Assembly: GCA_042408535.1 (NCBI GenBank)
Contig: JBHORA010000039.1
Span: 3,419 to 67,418, forward strand
Origin: Chloroflexota bacterium
Lineage (GTDB): Bacteria > Chloroflexota > Limnocylindria > Limnocylindrales > CSP1-4
Direction: 5' to 3'
DNA: 64,000 nt
Numbering within the stretch: position 1 is the first letter of the stretch; every line of letters starts with the position of its first letter. Position numbers and translations under genes: made by a program. The notes beneath the pieces are model-generated. The model was not told the origin of the DNA and did no database searches. It saw nothing but the letters and a program-made list of their open reading frames with translations. Shown here one piece after another: positions 1 through 9,043 of the stretch.

Positions 1-208
1 TGTAGACGCCGGTCAGAGCGCCCGCGTATTCGGCCACCGGATCGGTGTCGCGGACGAGGAGGACCTGACCCGGACCCTGCACCTCGGCGCGCAGCGTGTC
101 CCCGGTCCGGATGCCCGCCCGTCGAAGGGCTTCGACCGGGAGAGTCACCTGGTGCTTCGCGCTGACCCGAGTGTAGCCCCGGCGCCTGTGCTTGACTACA
201 GCGCTCAT
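1..208 (-). CDS. AbrB/SpoVT-fold VapB-like antitoxin (partial; C-terminus runs off the window edge)
   Basis: Own reverse translation from ATG (rc of 206-208): MSAVVKHRRRGYTRVSAKHQVTLPVEALRRAGIRTGDTLRAEVQGPGQVLLVRDTDPVAEYAGALTGVY.. It is a close paralog of the complete ORF at 5485-5733. Confidence 0.75.
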   Translation of the reverse strand, partial: MSAVVKHRRRGYTRVSAKHQVTLPVEALRRAGIRTGDTLRAEVQGPGQVLLVRDTDPVAEYAGALTGVY

Positions 209-557
209 ATGTCAAGCATACGGGAGTTGAGGCCTGAGGGGCAAGGGATGCACCTGCTTCACCGTCGGCCGGGAGCGTCGCTCGGTACAGCAGCAGGGTG
301 GATACCGGAACACGCCGGTCGAAGATCGGGCCCCGGCTGCTTCGCTCGGCCCGGCGCGTGCCAGATGGGTTCGGCCAGATCGAACGGGGAAGGCGACCAG
401 GGGCTGGTCGGGGCGAGAGGGCTAGGGCCTCCTTAACTCAGCAATCTCTCCGCTTCGTGATGATCAACCGCACGCCGAGGGAGTCCGTCCCAGCAGCAGC
501 GGCGCGAAGCGGGTGAAGGCGTAGCCGCTGGGGCGCCGGCCCCCGTCGCGCTGCGGT

Positions 558-1442
558 ATGCTGCGGTTCATGTCGCAATTTGGGATGTCTGACTTCCTCG
601 ACGACGAGTCCACTCCTGTTGCGATCGCCAACGCCACGTCTGCGGGGGTCGCCGGCTGGACCGGGCAGTTCTCGCGGGGGCAGGGGTTCTGGGACTTCGA
701 GCTCATCGCAACGGATGATCCCGAGATCCGCCTCCACGGCGTCGTTACGGACCGGAGCCAGCTCGCGATCGTGTGCATCCACCGGCGGGATGGAGGCCGC
801 GTCGTCGCCGTTGAGCCTCCAGACCCGCCCGAGAACGTGGAGGACGAGGGCGGGTACGCGGCATGGATGGCCGGCGTCCTCGCGCACGCCGTCGACGCGC
901 CCGACGACGCCCGACCGGTCGCGGCGCCGCCGCCCATGTCGCTGCTGCCCGGCGGTGACCACTGGGACGCCTGGTTCGTCATCCAGCCAACCCTCCACGA
1001 ATTTTACCCGAAGGCGGACATGTCGCGGTCCTTTCTCGCGGAGGGCGCGGCGGCGCTCGCCGCGCGGGATCCCGACAGTCCGATCGAGTTCTGGTTCGAT
1101 GTCCCGTATCCCGCAGAGCTCGGGGTGGACCCTGATGAAGCATCGTGCCCTTGGCTGTTCGAGGCGTGGCCGAACGGGGCCGAAGCCCGGGTCCGCCTGT
1201 CGTTCTGGGAAGGGCTCATGGGACCGGATGAGGTCTACGGCTGGGCAGCGTGGACTGACGACGTCGTGTGGTTCGCGGCCTACGATGCGGCGACCGGCGG
1301 GTGCACGATCGCGAAAGTCGCGAAGCCAGTCGAGCTCCGAGAACGTGGCTCGGACGATCCAGCATGGTGGCTCGCCCTGGCGCGGCTGCTCGTGCTGCTC
1401 GATGCCCAGGTCGTGGGAGACCCTCTCTACCTGGGCTATTAG
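558..1442 (+). CDS. hypothetical acidic, Trp-rich protein
   Basis: 294-aa ORF with normal amino-acid composition (MLRFMSQFGMSDFLDDEST...), unlike the overlapping Arg-rich frames. No family recognised. Confidence 0.6.
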   Translation: MLRFMSQFGMSDFLDDESTPVAIANATSAGVAGWTGQFSRGQGFWDFELIATDDPEIRLHGVVTDRSQLAIVCIHRRDGGRVVAVEPPDPPENVEDEGGYAAWMAGVLAHAVDAPDDARPVAAPPPMSLLPGGDHWDAWFVIQPTLHEFYPKADMSRSFLAEGAAALAARDPDSPIEFWFDVPYPAELGVDPDEASCPWLFEAWPNGAEARVRLSFWEGLMGPDEVYGWAAWTDDVVWFAAYDAATGGCTIAKVAKPVELRERGSDDPAWWLALARLLVLLDAQVVGDPLYLGY

Positions 1443-1754
1443 GGCCACGCTCTTCGGGTGAGATAAGTCGCAGGTAGGCCAGCGCTCCTACATTCGCAGC
1501 AGCCCCCGCTCCGCACGTTCGCTGCGTCGTGACCCCGCGCCCGCTCTCGTTACGAGATTGGGCGAACGGCCGCTGCCAACAGGTCAGGGGCGACGGAGTC
1601 GGGCCGAGGCTCGGCGGCGTTCGAGGGTCCAACGTGTGCGATCCGGAAACCACCGCCGCCGGTCCAGCCCGTGAGGCGCGTTATCCCGCCCGGGTCGGCT
1701 CCTTGGACCACGGCGCGGAGTCGCGGCACAAGGTATTGATCGCGCTCTTGGACC

Positions 1755-2642
1755 TTGAACAGCGCCGGGACCGAGGTAAGGTGCGACCTCCGATGGACCG
1801 CGACCGATCCGCATGAATCGCTGCCTGCCGACCTCCCTCGACGGCGTGGCGGGCCTGCGGGCGGCCCGCTGGTTCCGCGAGAGCACGGCCGGCCAGAGAA
1901 CAAAGCCTACGGGTCGATCGTCGGCAACTCGGCCGCGCCGTACCTGAATGACCTCATCACCAGGTTCGGCCTCGCCGCCCGCTACGAGGCGGTCGCCCAT
2001 CCCTCGGAGCCGAACTACCTCGCCCTCTTCTCCGGTTCCACCCAGGGGGTGACCGATGACGGCATCCACGACCTGGCGGGGCGCAACCTCGCCGACCAGC
2101 TCGAGGAGCATGGCCGCACCTGGCGCGTCTTCGCCGAGAACGTCCCCCTCGGCTGCTTCACCGGCAGCGTCGCTTCGGGCGGTCCGGACGGGCCTGGCAC
2201 GTACGCCCGCAAGCACGAACCGGCGATCAGTTTCACGGACATCGCCCGCAACCCGGTCCGCTGTCGGAACATCACCGACTTCTCCCACTTCGACCCGGCC
2301 GCGGCGGACTTCGAGCTCATCGTCCCGAACCTCTGCCACGACATGCACGACTGCTCGGTGGCCGTGGGCGACGCCTTCCTGCGCTCGTTCGTGCCCCGCA
2401 TCACCGAGAGCGGCGCCTTCGCCGACGGCGTCCTCTTCATCACCTGGGACGAGGGGACAGGCGGTCCGGGCGGCGGCCACGTGGCGACGATCGTCGTCAG
2501 TCGGAGGGTCAGGCCCAGCACCGTGTCTCGGGTCCCGCACGACCACTACTCGCTCCTGCGGACGATCGAGGACGCCTTCGGGATCGGCTGCCTCGGTCAT
2601 GCCTGCTCGGCGAACGATCTCGGTGAGGTCTTCGCCCGCTAG
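1755..2642 (+). CDS. phosphoesterase-family protein (acid phosphatase / phospholipase C type), start uncertain and possibly 5'-truncated
   Basis: Motifs ENKAYGSIVG, HPSEPNYLALFSGSTQG, KHEP, PNLCHDMHD and ITWDEG are typical of this family. The usual signal peptide and hydrophobic strand before EN are missing. Confidence 0.75.
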   Translation: MNSAGTEVRCDLRWTATDPHESLPADLPRRRGGPAGGPLVPREHGRPENKAYGSIVGNSAAPYLNDLITRFGLAARYEAVAHPSEPNYLALFSGSTQGVTDDGIHDLAGRNLADQLEEHGRTWRVFAENVPLGCFTGSVASGGPDGPGTYARKHEPAISFTDIARNPVRCRNITDFSHFDPAAADFELIVPNLCHDMHDCSVAVGDAFLRSFVPRITESGAFADGVLFITWDEGTGGPGGGHVATIVVSRRVRPSTVSRVPHDHYSLLRTIEDAFGIGCLGHACSANDLGEVFAR

Positions 2643-2710
2643 CCGGCCCGCCGGGTGGCTGCCCTGGCGGGATCGAGCAGCGTGTCCGCCTGGATGGCTG
2701 GTGGTGCGTT

Positions 2711-3796
2711 CTAGCCCCTGGCGTACGCCCTGACCATCGCGACGAGGGCGGCGGGGGCCGTCGCGGGCCCAACCCGCAGGCGAGGCACCAGCAGGCGGTT
2801 CGTGGACGACTCGGTCGCCCCCGGAACCGTCGTCGCCGCGAGCCAGTATCCGAGGCGCTGGAGGATGGCGAGGACCGTAGGACTCCAATTACCGAAGGGA
2901 TAGGCGAGCGTGACGGGCGCGACACCCGTCCAGGCGGCGATCATCCGTCCCGCTCGCGCGATCTCCGCGGCCGCCATCGTCGGCGAAATCGTCCCGAGCC
3001 CCACGTGATGCACGGTGTGGTTGGCGATCTCGTCGCCGGCCTGGGTCATGGCACACAGTTCGTCTGGCGTGAAGTACGGTGCTCTGCCGACCCGACCGGT
3101 GATGACGAAGAACGTCCCCGCGAACCCATAGCGTTCCAAGACGGGGAAAGCGTAGCGGTAGCCGTCACGGTAGCCGTCATCGAAGGTGACGACGAAGGTT
3201 CGCGCCGGCTCCGTCCGCCCGGCGGCCAGGTCGGCCGCGAGCTGGCGGAACGTGATCGCGTGCCACCCAGCAGCATGGAGGGCGGCCATCTGAGCTGCAA
3301 AAAGCTGCGGGGACACGATCAGGCTCCGCAACGAGTCGCCCGCCTCCGAAAGGGGCACGACGCGGTGGTACATGAGGACCGGTACGTGCTCGACGATGCC
3401 TGGGCTGCGCCAGGCGACCGTGGGGGACGCGGTCCCCGACGGGGGAGCACAACTGGGAGCCGGGACCGTGCCGGCGGCGCCTGATCCGGTCGTAGTTGCT
3501 CCACTGCCTGAGTGGTCGATGGGGCCAGGCTGCAGCCGGGACTGGGTCTCTGACGGTGCGGGGGAGGCCGGCATCGAGGCCGGCTGCGCCCCAGGGTGCC
3601 CGGCCGGTGACATGAGGATCGCCGCCGCGATGACGAACGCCAGGCTGGCGATGACGGCAGCGAGACCGCGCTGGCCGAGAGGACTCCCGAATCGGGTGGT
3701 TCGCCGCCGGGCAGGCCTCGGCCCGCTCCCGCCCGCGGCCTCATCGATCTCCACCAGCCCCTCGGGGCGCAACTTCCTCAGTACGAGCCGGACCAT
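2711..3796 (-). CDS. membrane-anchored polysaccharide deacetylase (NodB/CE4 domain)
   Basis: N-terminal TM (LAAVIASLAFVIAAAIL), then VPVLMYHRV, FVVTFDDGYRD and IANHTVHH motifs. Confidence 0.85.
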   Translation of the reverse strand: MVRLVLRKLRPEGLVEIDEAAGGSGPRPARRRTTRFGSPLGQRGLAAVIASLAFVIAAAILMSPAGHPGAQPASMPASPAPSETQSRLQPGPIDHSGSGATTTGSGAAGTVPAPSCAPPSGTASPTVAWRSPGIVEHVPVLMYHRVVPLSEAGDSLRSLIVSPQLFAAQMAALHAAGWHAITFRQLAADLAAGRTEPARTFVVTFDDGYRDGYRYAFPVLERYGFAGTFFVITGRVGRAPYFTPDELCAMTQAGDEIANHTVHHVGLGTISPTMAAAEIARAGRMIAAWTGVAPVTLAYPFGNWSPTVLAILQRLGYWLAATTVPGATESSTNRLLVPRLRVGPATAPAALVAMVRAYARG

Positions 3797-3875
3797 CGCG
3801 TCGCTGAGACGAGGGAGGTCGGCGCTGTGTAACCGCCGGGCAGAGCGCCCCCGTACAGTCTATCGGAATGACGGC

Positions 3876-4101
3876 TTATCGGAATGACCGCCCGGCGGCG
3901 GTGCGCCGGTCGATGCCCGCTCCAGCGTCCAGATACCCGGTCGCCGACGGCCTTCCGGTGAGCACGCACGTTCGGCTGTCGATGACTGGGCTCAGCTCGA
4001 CCTGCGGGTCTACGAGGTGAGGTTTCTGCGGCCGTCGCAGGCGCAACCGAGGCCAGCGCGAGAGCAATGCCTGCCACGCCCGACAGAATCGTTCGCTTCA
4101 C
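3876..4101 (-). pseudogene. small secreted protein, apparently frameshifted
   Basis: A signal peptide MKRTILSGVAGIALALASVAPATAAE (from 4101) is followed by a low-GC3 Arg-rich frame. The alternative frame (to stop 3876) has much higher GC3 and a normal composition (PHLVDPQVELSPVIDSRTCVLTG...). Confidence 0.3.
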
Positions 4102-4162
4102 GAATGTCTTTCCCGTCGGACGGTGGGCGCGGCTCGGCTCCCTCCGGACGTCCGCGTCGCGG

Positions 4163-4525
4163 TCAGCCCGCCGTCGGCTTCGTTCGGCTGACCCTTCGTC
4201 GCACGGTGTCTGCCGCGACGAGCAGCCCGATCACGATGAGCGCGAAGGCTTCGAACAGGTACGGCGTGAGGTCCGGCGGTGTGCAGAATGACCCGAAGTT
4301 CGGACCGCTCACGTTGGCGCATCTCATCTGGGCGAGTCCGACCAGGACGATCTGCCCGAGGCCGCCGCCCAAGAGCAGCCCGCTCACGGCGGCTTCGCTC
4401 GCCCGCGAGCGAAGTGCCCAGACGAGGCCCGGGATCGCAACGAGGAGAGCCAGAACGCCGGCGGCAAGCGCGAAGCCCCCGATGAAGAACCCGAGGGCGA
4501 TCCCAAGCAGCCAGATCGTGCGCAT
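4163..4525 (-). CDS. small integral membrane protein
   Basis: From MRTIWLLGIALGFFIGGFALAAGVLALLVAIPGLVWAL..., with 3-4 hydrophobic helices. GGGAGG lies about 13 nt upstream. Confidence 0.55.
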   Translation of the reverse strand: MRTIWLLGIALGFFIGGFALAAGVLALLVAIPGLVWALRSRASEAAVSGLLLGGGLGQIVLVGLAQMRCANVSGPNFGSFCTPPDLTPYLFEAFALIVIGLLVAADTVRRRVSRTKPTAG

Positions 4526-4994
4526 CGGATATCTCGGCCTCCCGCTCTTGGGCTCGTGGCGTAGCCCGAGTCGTAAGGATACACCCCCCTCGCCTGGCAC
4601 CACTGCCGCGTTGTAGGGTTGTCCGTGGCGAACCTCGCCTCGATCGAGACAGCGCGCCCGGGCCGGAATGTGCCAACCTCGTTCCCGAACAACCGGAACA
4701 CCAGCACGCTCGCCACGAGGACGAGCTCCGGCGGGCCCAGGCGACCGCGGCCGGCTTCGCGCGCCTCGAGGCCCTCGGACCGCTCATCGTGGAGGCGAAG
4801 CTCTCGGAGGATCCGCTCGCCGGACCGCCGCTCGCCCTGTCGCTCGAACCTGGGCGGGCGGAGCTCGAAGGCGAACGAGCCGAGGTCATGCACCAGCTCC
4901 CCGACGGCCGACGATCGCGCCTGGCCCGCGCGGACACGCCGGAGGCGCGCAAGACACGACGCCAGCGTGCGGCAGAGGGGACGATCCGGTGCAT

Positions 4995-5010
4995 TGGTCG
5001 GGGCGAGCGG
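4995..5010. repeat. third, imperfect copy of the tRNA-Pro 3'-end repeat
   Basis: tggtcggggcgagcgg versus tggtcggggcgagagg at the tRNA: 13 contiguous identical nt and 15 of 16 overall. Confidence 0.45.
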
Positions 5011-5083
5011 AGACAAGCCGCCAGAACCCGACCTCTCTGTCCCGGTGGGGTGGCCTCTGCGATGCGAAGCGACCGGGCAGGCG

Positions 5084-5494
5084 CTACGCCGTCGCGAGCA
5101 CCTCGACCGGGACCGCGACGGCTGGCCAGCCGGCGTCGGTGGTGAGGATGCGGTCCGCGCCGAGGACGAGCGCCGTGGCGATCACCAGGCCATCGGGCAA
5201 CCGCAGCGCGGTCCCGTGGGTCGCCCGCAGCGCGGCCGCGGCGGCGGCGATCGACCGATCGGCCGGCTCCACCCGCGCTGGCACCGCATCGAGGAACCGG
5301 TCCACGACGGCGACGGCGTCGGGACCGCGCCGGTGCGGCGAGACGAGGCACTCCGCGTACGCCGAGGCCGGCAGCACGAGGAGATCGCCGCGATCCCGGG
5401 CGATGCGGACAGACGCGACCGCGGCCGCGTGGTGTGCGTCGGCGGCGTCGAGCAGGGCGATGACCACGCCCGCGTCGAGCACGGTCAGTCCCAC
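5084..5494 (-). CDS. vapC: PIN-domain toxin (VapC-like)
   Basis: MGLTVLDAGVVIALLD...LLVLPASAYAE...LVIATALVLGADRILTTD, the typical PIN acidic pattern. It overlaps the upstream antitoxin by 10 nt. Confidence 0.85.
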   Translation of the reverse strand: MGLTVLDAGVVIALLDAADAHHAAAVASVRIARDRGDLLVLPASAYAECLVSPHRRGPDAVAVVDRFLDAVPARVEPADRSIAAAAAALRATHGTALRLPDGLVIATALVLGADRILTTDAGWPAVAVPVEVLATA

Positions 5495-5733
5495 TCGCGC
5501 CGGAGCTCGTCGAGCTCGCCTGGGGTGTAGACCCCGGTGAGGGCGCCCGCGTACTCCGCCACCGGGTCGGTGTCACGAACGAGGAGCACCTCGCCCGGCC
5601 CCCGCACCTCGGCGCGCAGCCTGTCCCCCGTCCGGATCCCGGCGCGTTGGAGCGCCTCGACCGGGAGGGTCACCTGGTGCTTCGCGCTGACGCGTGTGTA
5701 GCCCCGTCGCCTGTGCTTGACTCGCCCTGCCAT
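5485..5733 (-). CDS. vapB: AbrB/SpoVT-fold antitoxin (VapB-like)
   Basis: MAGRVKHRRRGYTRVSAKHQVTLPVEALQRAGIRTGDRLRAEV...; small, and overlaps the PIN gene. Confidence 0.85.
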   Translation of the reverse strand: MAGRVKHRRRGYTRVSAKHQVTLPVEALQRAGIRTGDRLRAEVRGPGEVLLVRDTDPVAEYAGALTGVYTPGELDELRREWD

Positions 5734-5795
5734 GAGTAAAGAATAAGTGCTCGAGGCCGGGACGGCAAGCGTTCAGGCCCACTTCATCGCGGTCG

Positions 5796-6032
5796 TCAGC
5801 CACCGCGGCGAGTGTTCCGAAGGTCGTCGACATCGGCGATTCGATATGGGATTCTCATGGCGGTTGGTAGCACGCCCTGCGTGACCTCGATGGCTCCCGA
5901 GACCGCCAGCCCCGCGAGCAGCACCAGCGACGCGGACGCGCGACGAGCGACTACTGGTAGCAGTAGTCCGAGCGGAATGAAGGCCAGGAGATTGCCAGCC
6001 ATGACCCTCGCAACAGGCCAGGCCAAGCCCAT
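5796..6032 (-). CDS. VanZ-like membrane protein, short (possibly truncated)
   Basis: GNLLAFIPLGLLLP...AIEVTQGVLP...R..DVDDLRNT matches the C-terminal half of VanZ-like proteins, but it is only 78 aa. Confidence 0.5.
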   Translation of the reverse strand: MGLAWPVARVMAGNLLAFIPLGLLLPVVARRASASLVLLAGLAVSGAIEVTQGVLPTAMRIPYRIADVDDLRNTRRGG

Positions 6033-6250
6033 CCCCAGACTGTCGCCTATGGTTCGGAAGGGAACGATGTTGACTGGGCTGAAGGTGTCAGGCCGACCGC
6101 CCGGGTCTCGGCCACGAGCGGATGCCCGTCGAACGACGTGGCGGCGCCGCGCGCCGCGGCGCCACGAGCCGATGTATCCATGCCCGAGGCAGCTACGTCA
6201 ACGAGGTGAAGGACCGGAGCGCGGTCCAGGAACTGACAGGAGCACCTCCG

Positions 6251-6469
6251 ATGAAGCTCAGCCGCAACGAAAGCACCACCGACCGGGTCGTCCGGCTCAT
6301 CCTCGCCGTCGCCCTCGGGGCGGCGGTCGTCCTCGGTCTCGTCGCCGAGCCGTGGTCATACGTCGTCGGGATCGTGGCGATCGTCCTCGCCTTCACCGCG
6401 ATCAGCGGCTTCTGCGCGATCTACGCCCTGTTCGGGCTCTCGACGAAGTCGAAGTCGCCGCAGCACTGA
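6251..6469 (+). CDS. DUF2892 / YgaP-like small membrane protein
   Basis: MKLSRNESTTDRVVRLILAVALGAAVV...AISGFCAIYALFG; AGGAG lies upstream of ATG 6251. Confidence 0.7.
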   Translation: MKLSRNESTTDRVVRLILAVALGAAVVLGLVAEPWSYVVGIVAIVLAFTAISGFCAIYALFGLSTKSKSPQH

Positions 6470-6481
6470 GCCACAACGCTG

Positions 6482-7288
6482 ATGGGGACAAGCGGGGACG
6501 AGGGCGAGCAGTTCGCCGCCGCACTGGCGGCCGAGCTGCCCCGCCTTGTCCACCTCGCCGCCCGCCTCGTCCGCGACCCGGACGCGGCCGAGGACTGCGC
6601 CCAGGAGACGATCATCGGGGCCTGGCGCCGGCGGGACCAGCTGCGTGATCGGGCCGCCCTCACCCCCTGGCTCCGGCGGAGCCTGGTCAACCGGATCATC
6701 GACCGCTCGCGCGTCCATCACGACGAGCTCGACATCGACGCGGTCGAGGCCGACTGGCGCGACGACCGCTACTCGGTCGAGCCCGAGCAGGTCCTCGAAC
6801 GGGCCGAGGTGCGCGACGAGCTCGAGGACGCCCTGATTCGGCTGCCGGTGATCTACCGGGTCCCGGTCATCCTCCACGATGTCCTCGGCTGGACCGCAGC
6901 CGAGATCGCACGGGCGATGGGGGCCGGCCTGCCAGCCACGAAACAGCGACTCCGACGTGGGAGGATGATGCTCGTGAGTGCCCTCGCCGAGGACGATGCC
7001 CGCCGCCAGGCGAGCCTGACCCAGCCGCTCCGCTGCTGGCGGGCGCGACGCCACATCTCCGCCTACCTCGACGGCGAGCTCGATCCGGCGACCCGGGCCG
7101 CGGTCGAGGGGCACCTCGAGACCTGCCCGACCTGCCCGCCCCTCTACGCCAGCCTGGTCGGGGTGCGGGCGAGCCTGGGCGGCTTGCGCGACCCCGACAC
7201 GGTCGTCGAGGACGCGATCGCGGCCCGCATCCGCGAGCGGCTGGGCGCGGAGCGGGCGCGACCGGGGAGCGACGGCGGGCCCCGATGA
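6482..7288 (+). CDS. ECF sigma-70 factor fused to a C-terminal zf-HC2 (ZAS-type anti-sigma) domain
   Basis: Region 2 (AEDCAQETIIGAWRR) and region 4 (GWTAAEIARAMGAGLPATKQRLRRGR), followed by CWRARRHISAYLDGELD...HLETCPTCPP (H-x3-C-x2-C). Confidence 0.85.
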   Translation: MGTSGDEGEQFAAALAAELPRLVHLAARLVRDPDAAEDCAQETIIGAWRRRDQLRDRAALTPWLRRSLVNRIIDRSRVHHDELDIDAVEADWRDDRYSVEPEQVLERAEVRDELEDALIRLPVIYRVPVILHDVLGWTAAEIARAMGAGLPATKQRLRRGRMMLVSALAEDDARRQASLTQPLRCWRARRHISAYLDGELDPATRAAVEGHLETCPTCPPLYASLVGVRASLGGLRDPDTVVEDAIAARIRERLGAERARPGSDGGPR

Positions 7289-7710
7289 GTGAGCCCGGAC
7301 CGGGCCGACTCGGCGGGACGGACGAGGGGGCCCGCCAGGCCGAGCGAGCCGAGCGACGCAGTCGCTTGGACGCCCGCCACGCCGCCGCCGAGCCGATCGA
7401 ATCGGGCGCGCCGAACCCGGTCCTGATCGAGGAGACGGAGCGCCTTCGAACAGCGTCCGGTCCTCGACGATCCCGGCGGTGTTGAGGGCGAAGGCCTCGA
7501 GGTACCGTCGAACTGCTCCTGCAGAGCGGATTCCCGAAGCCCGCCCTGTTCCTGGCCGCGGCCTCGCGTCGTGGCTGGCTCGAGAGCTACGTCGAGCATT
7601 TGCTCACGCGCGACGCCGACCAGGTCGACCGCGTCCGGGACCCGATCCGCACGGCGGTCTGGGACCTTGCGGAGCCATGCTGTGCGGAGATGAGCAGTCC
7701 GAGGGCCTGA
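7285..7710 (+). pseudogene. remnant of an AAA+ ATPase with DUF4143 domain
   Basis: NPVLIEETERL (resembles vlIDEvQr.Pel), an in-frame stop at 7483-7485, then LLLQSGFPKPAL...WLESYVEHLLTRDADQVDRVRDP (GGFPE...Yv..ll.RDv signature). No P-loop, and a large internal segment is missing. Confidence 0.45.
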
Positions 7711-8128
7711 CAGTCGCCCAGTCCCTCCCTCGACGGAGCCGAGCGGGAAGGAACTGGGCTTGACGAGCCAGAGGATCAGCATCCGAGAAGGGTGACAGCG
7801 AGCCAGAGCGCGGCAACGGACCCGCCAAGGCGGTGCCTCGTCACCTGGGCACGCATGTTGTTCTGCCTCGCCTCGGTCCGAGGGTGTGAAGAGCAGCTCG
7901 ACGGTGACGCCGGCCTTGAGTTGCTCGGCGGACGAGTAGCCATCGAAGCTTGGGTCGGCGTCGAGCATCGCCGTGAACATCTTCGCCCCGGCGAGCATAC
8001 CGGCAGTCATCGCTCTCACGTTGGGGTCCCTGATGTATGCCGCGGCATCTGCGTCGCCGTTTGCCGCCCAGTGTCGGCAGCAGCCACCGCTGGGTACTCT
8101 GCCATGATCTGGTCGGCTGGTCGCTAGG

Positions 8129-8605
8129 CTAGGGGCAGGCGGCTGGGGGCGGGGGTGGGCTGCGCACGCCCACGTCAGGACCAGAAGCGATTCTGATCCC
8201 GAGCCAGTAGATCGGCACGGTCGAGATGAGTCGATCTCCGTCACGGAAGACGAGCATCTCCGAGTAGTATCGCCGGTTGCGCCCGTCGCGGCCGCATAGC
8301 TCGAGGACGCGTCCGCCGACGATCCACGAGCCGTCTGGCAAGCTACTCGGGGCGATCACTCTCGTGCCGATGACGGTCGGGCCGGTCCGGGGAACGGCTG
8401 CCGGATCAGCCTCCCGAAGGGTCTGCTGGCATGTCCCGCTGCCGAGCTGGCACAGCGCCGTGAGGTCGCCCGAGGTGACGATGCTGACCACCGTGCGGAG
8501 ATACCCCTCCGCTTCCTCCTCGGAAGGCGGCGGTTGCGGCGTGTATGAGGCGCCGGCGCAGCCGGCTAGGACCAGCGCGAGGACAGCGAAGGCGCGCACT
8601 CGCAT
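8129..8605 (-). CDS. lipoprotein, unknown function
   Basis: MRVRAFAVLALVLAGCAGAS lipobox; 158 aa of normal composition. Confidence 0.7.
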   Translation of the reverse strand: MRVRAFAVLALVLAGCAGASYTPQPPPSEEEAEGYLRTVVSIVTSGDLTALCQLGSGTCQQTLREADPAAVPRTGPTVIGTRVIAPSSLPDGSWIVGGRVLELCGRDGRNRRYYSEMLVFRDGDRLISTVPIYWLGIRIASGPDVGVRSPPPPPAACP

Positions 8606-8610
8606 CGGTG

Positions 8611-8907
8611 CTACTGAGCGAGGAAGCCGGCCGAGAGCGTCCATCTCGGGAGGCCACCATTCGGTACGCTGATGGCTTGCATGTAGTCGATCTCGCGGGT
8701 GTTCGGGTAGGGCTGGCCGAAGGGCCAGATGCACCCGCAACTCCACTCCTCCTTGAAGTGGCCGGCGGCGGTGTACTTGTAGATGTACCAGTGTTCGCAC
8801 ATGAGGCCGGAGGCGCCGATGGTCACTCCGAGGGCCGACACCTGCAGCGGGATGATCGCGCAGGACCCGCTCAGGCTGCCGCGGGGGCTCCAGTCGATCC
8901 AACGCAT
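8611..8907 (-). CDS. Cys/Trp-rich hypothetical protein (frame stays open upstream to about 9040; start uncertain)
   Basis: MRWIDWSPRGSLSGSCAIIPLQ...MCEHWYIYKYTAAGHFKEEWSCGCIWPFGQPYPNTREIDYMQ. Visibly lower GC than the surroundings. Ends 5 nt before the lipoprotein gene. Confidence 0.4.
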   Translation of the reverse strand: MRWIDWSPRGSLSGSCAIIPLQVSALGVTIGASGLMCEHWYIYKYTAAGHFKEEWSCGCIWPFGQPYPNTREIDYMQAISVPNGGLPRWTLSAGFLAQ

Positions 8908-9043
8908 TGGAGCGCTGCCGGACGCCTGCTGGGCCTCGAGAAACCCGCTGTAGATCTTGCCGAACGGCGCTGCCCCGAGAGTGCCGTATTGCTCGAGTTG
9001 GTAGAAGTCCCGAGGATCCGTTTCCCCGGCCAACCCGTGCTGC

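Noticed and set aside
4384-5145. ORFs 4384-5016(-) and 4621/4789-5145(+) as genes.
   Set aside because: The two antisense frames share the same middle codon position and have similar GC3, so I could not discriminate between them. Neither has a recognisable family. Both would overlap neighbouring genes, and the stretch contains the att-like repeat. I left it unannotated.
7154-7163. A 10-nt match (ctggtcgggg) to the att repeat inside the sigma factor gene.
   Set aside because: The match is short, breaks immediately afterwards and lies in a well-supported coding frame, so it is most likely chance.
7860-8128. A protein-like frame on the minus strand (..AAYIRDPNVRAMTAGMLAGAKMFTAMLDADPSFDGYSSAEQLKAGVTVELLF..) as an intact gene.
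   Set aside because: There is no plausible start outside the neighbouring lipoprotein gene. The frame degenerates into Arg/Pro-rich sequence after about 55 aa. I recognise no family, so I treated it as a probable remnant.
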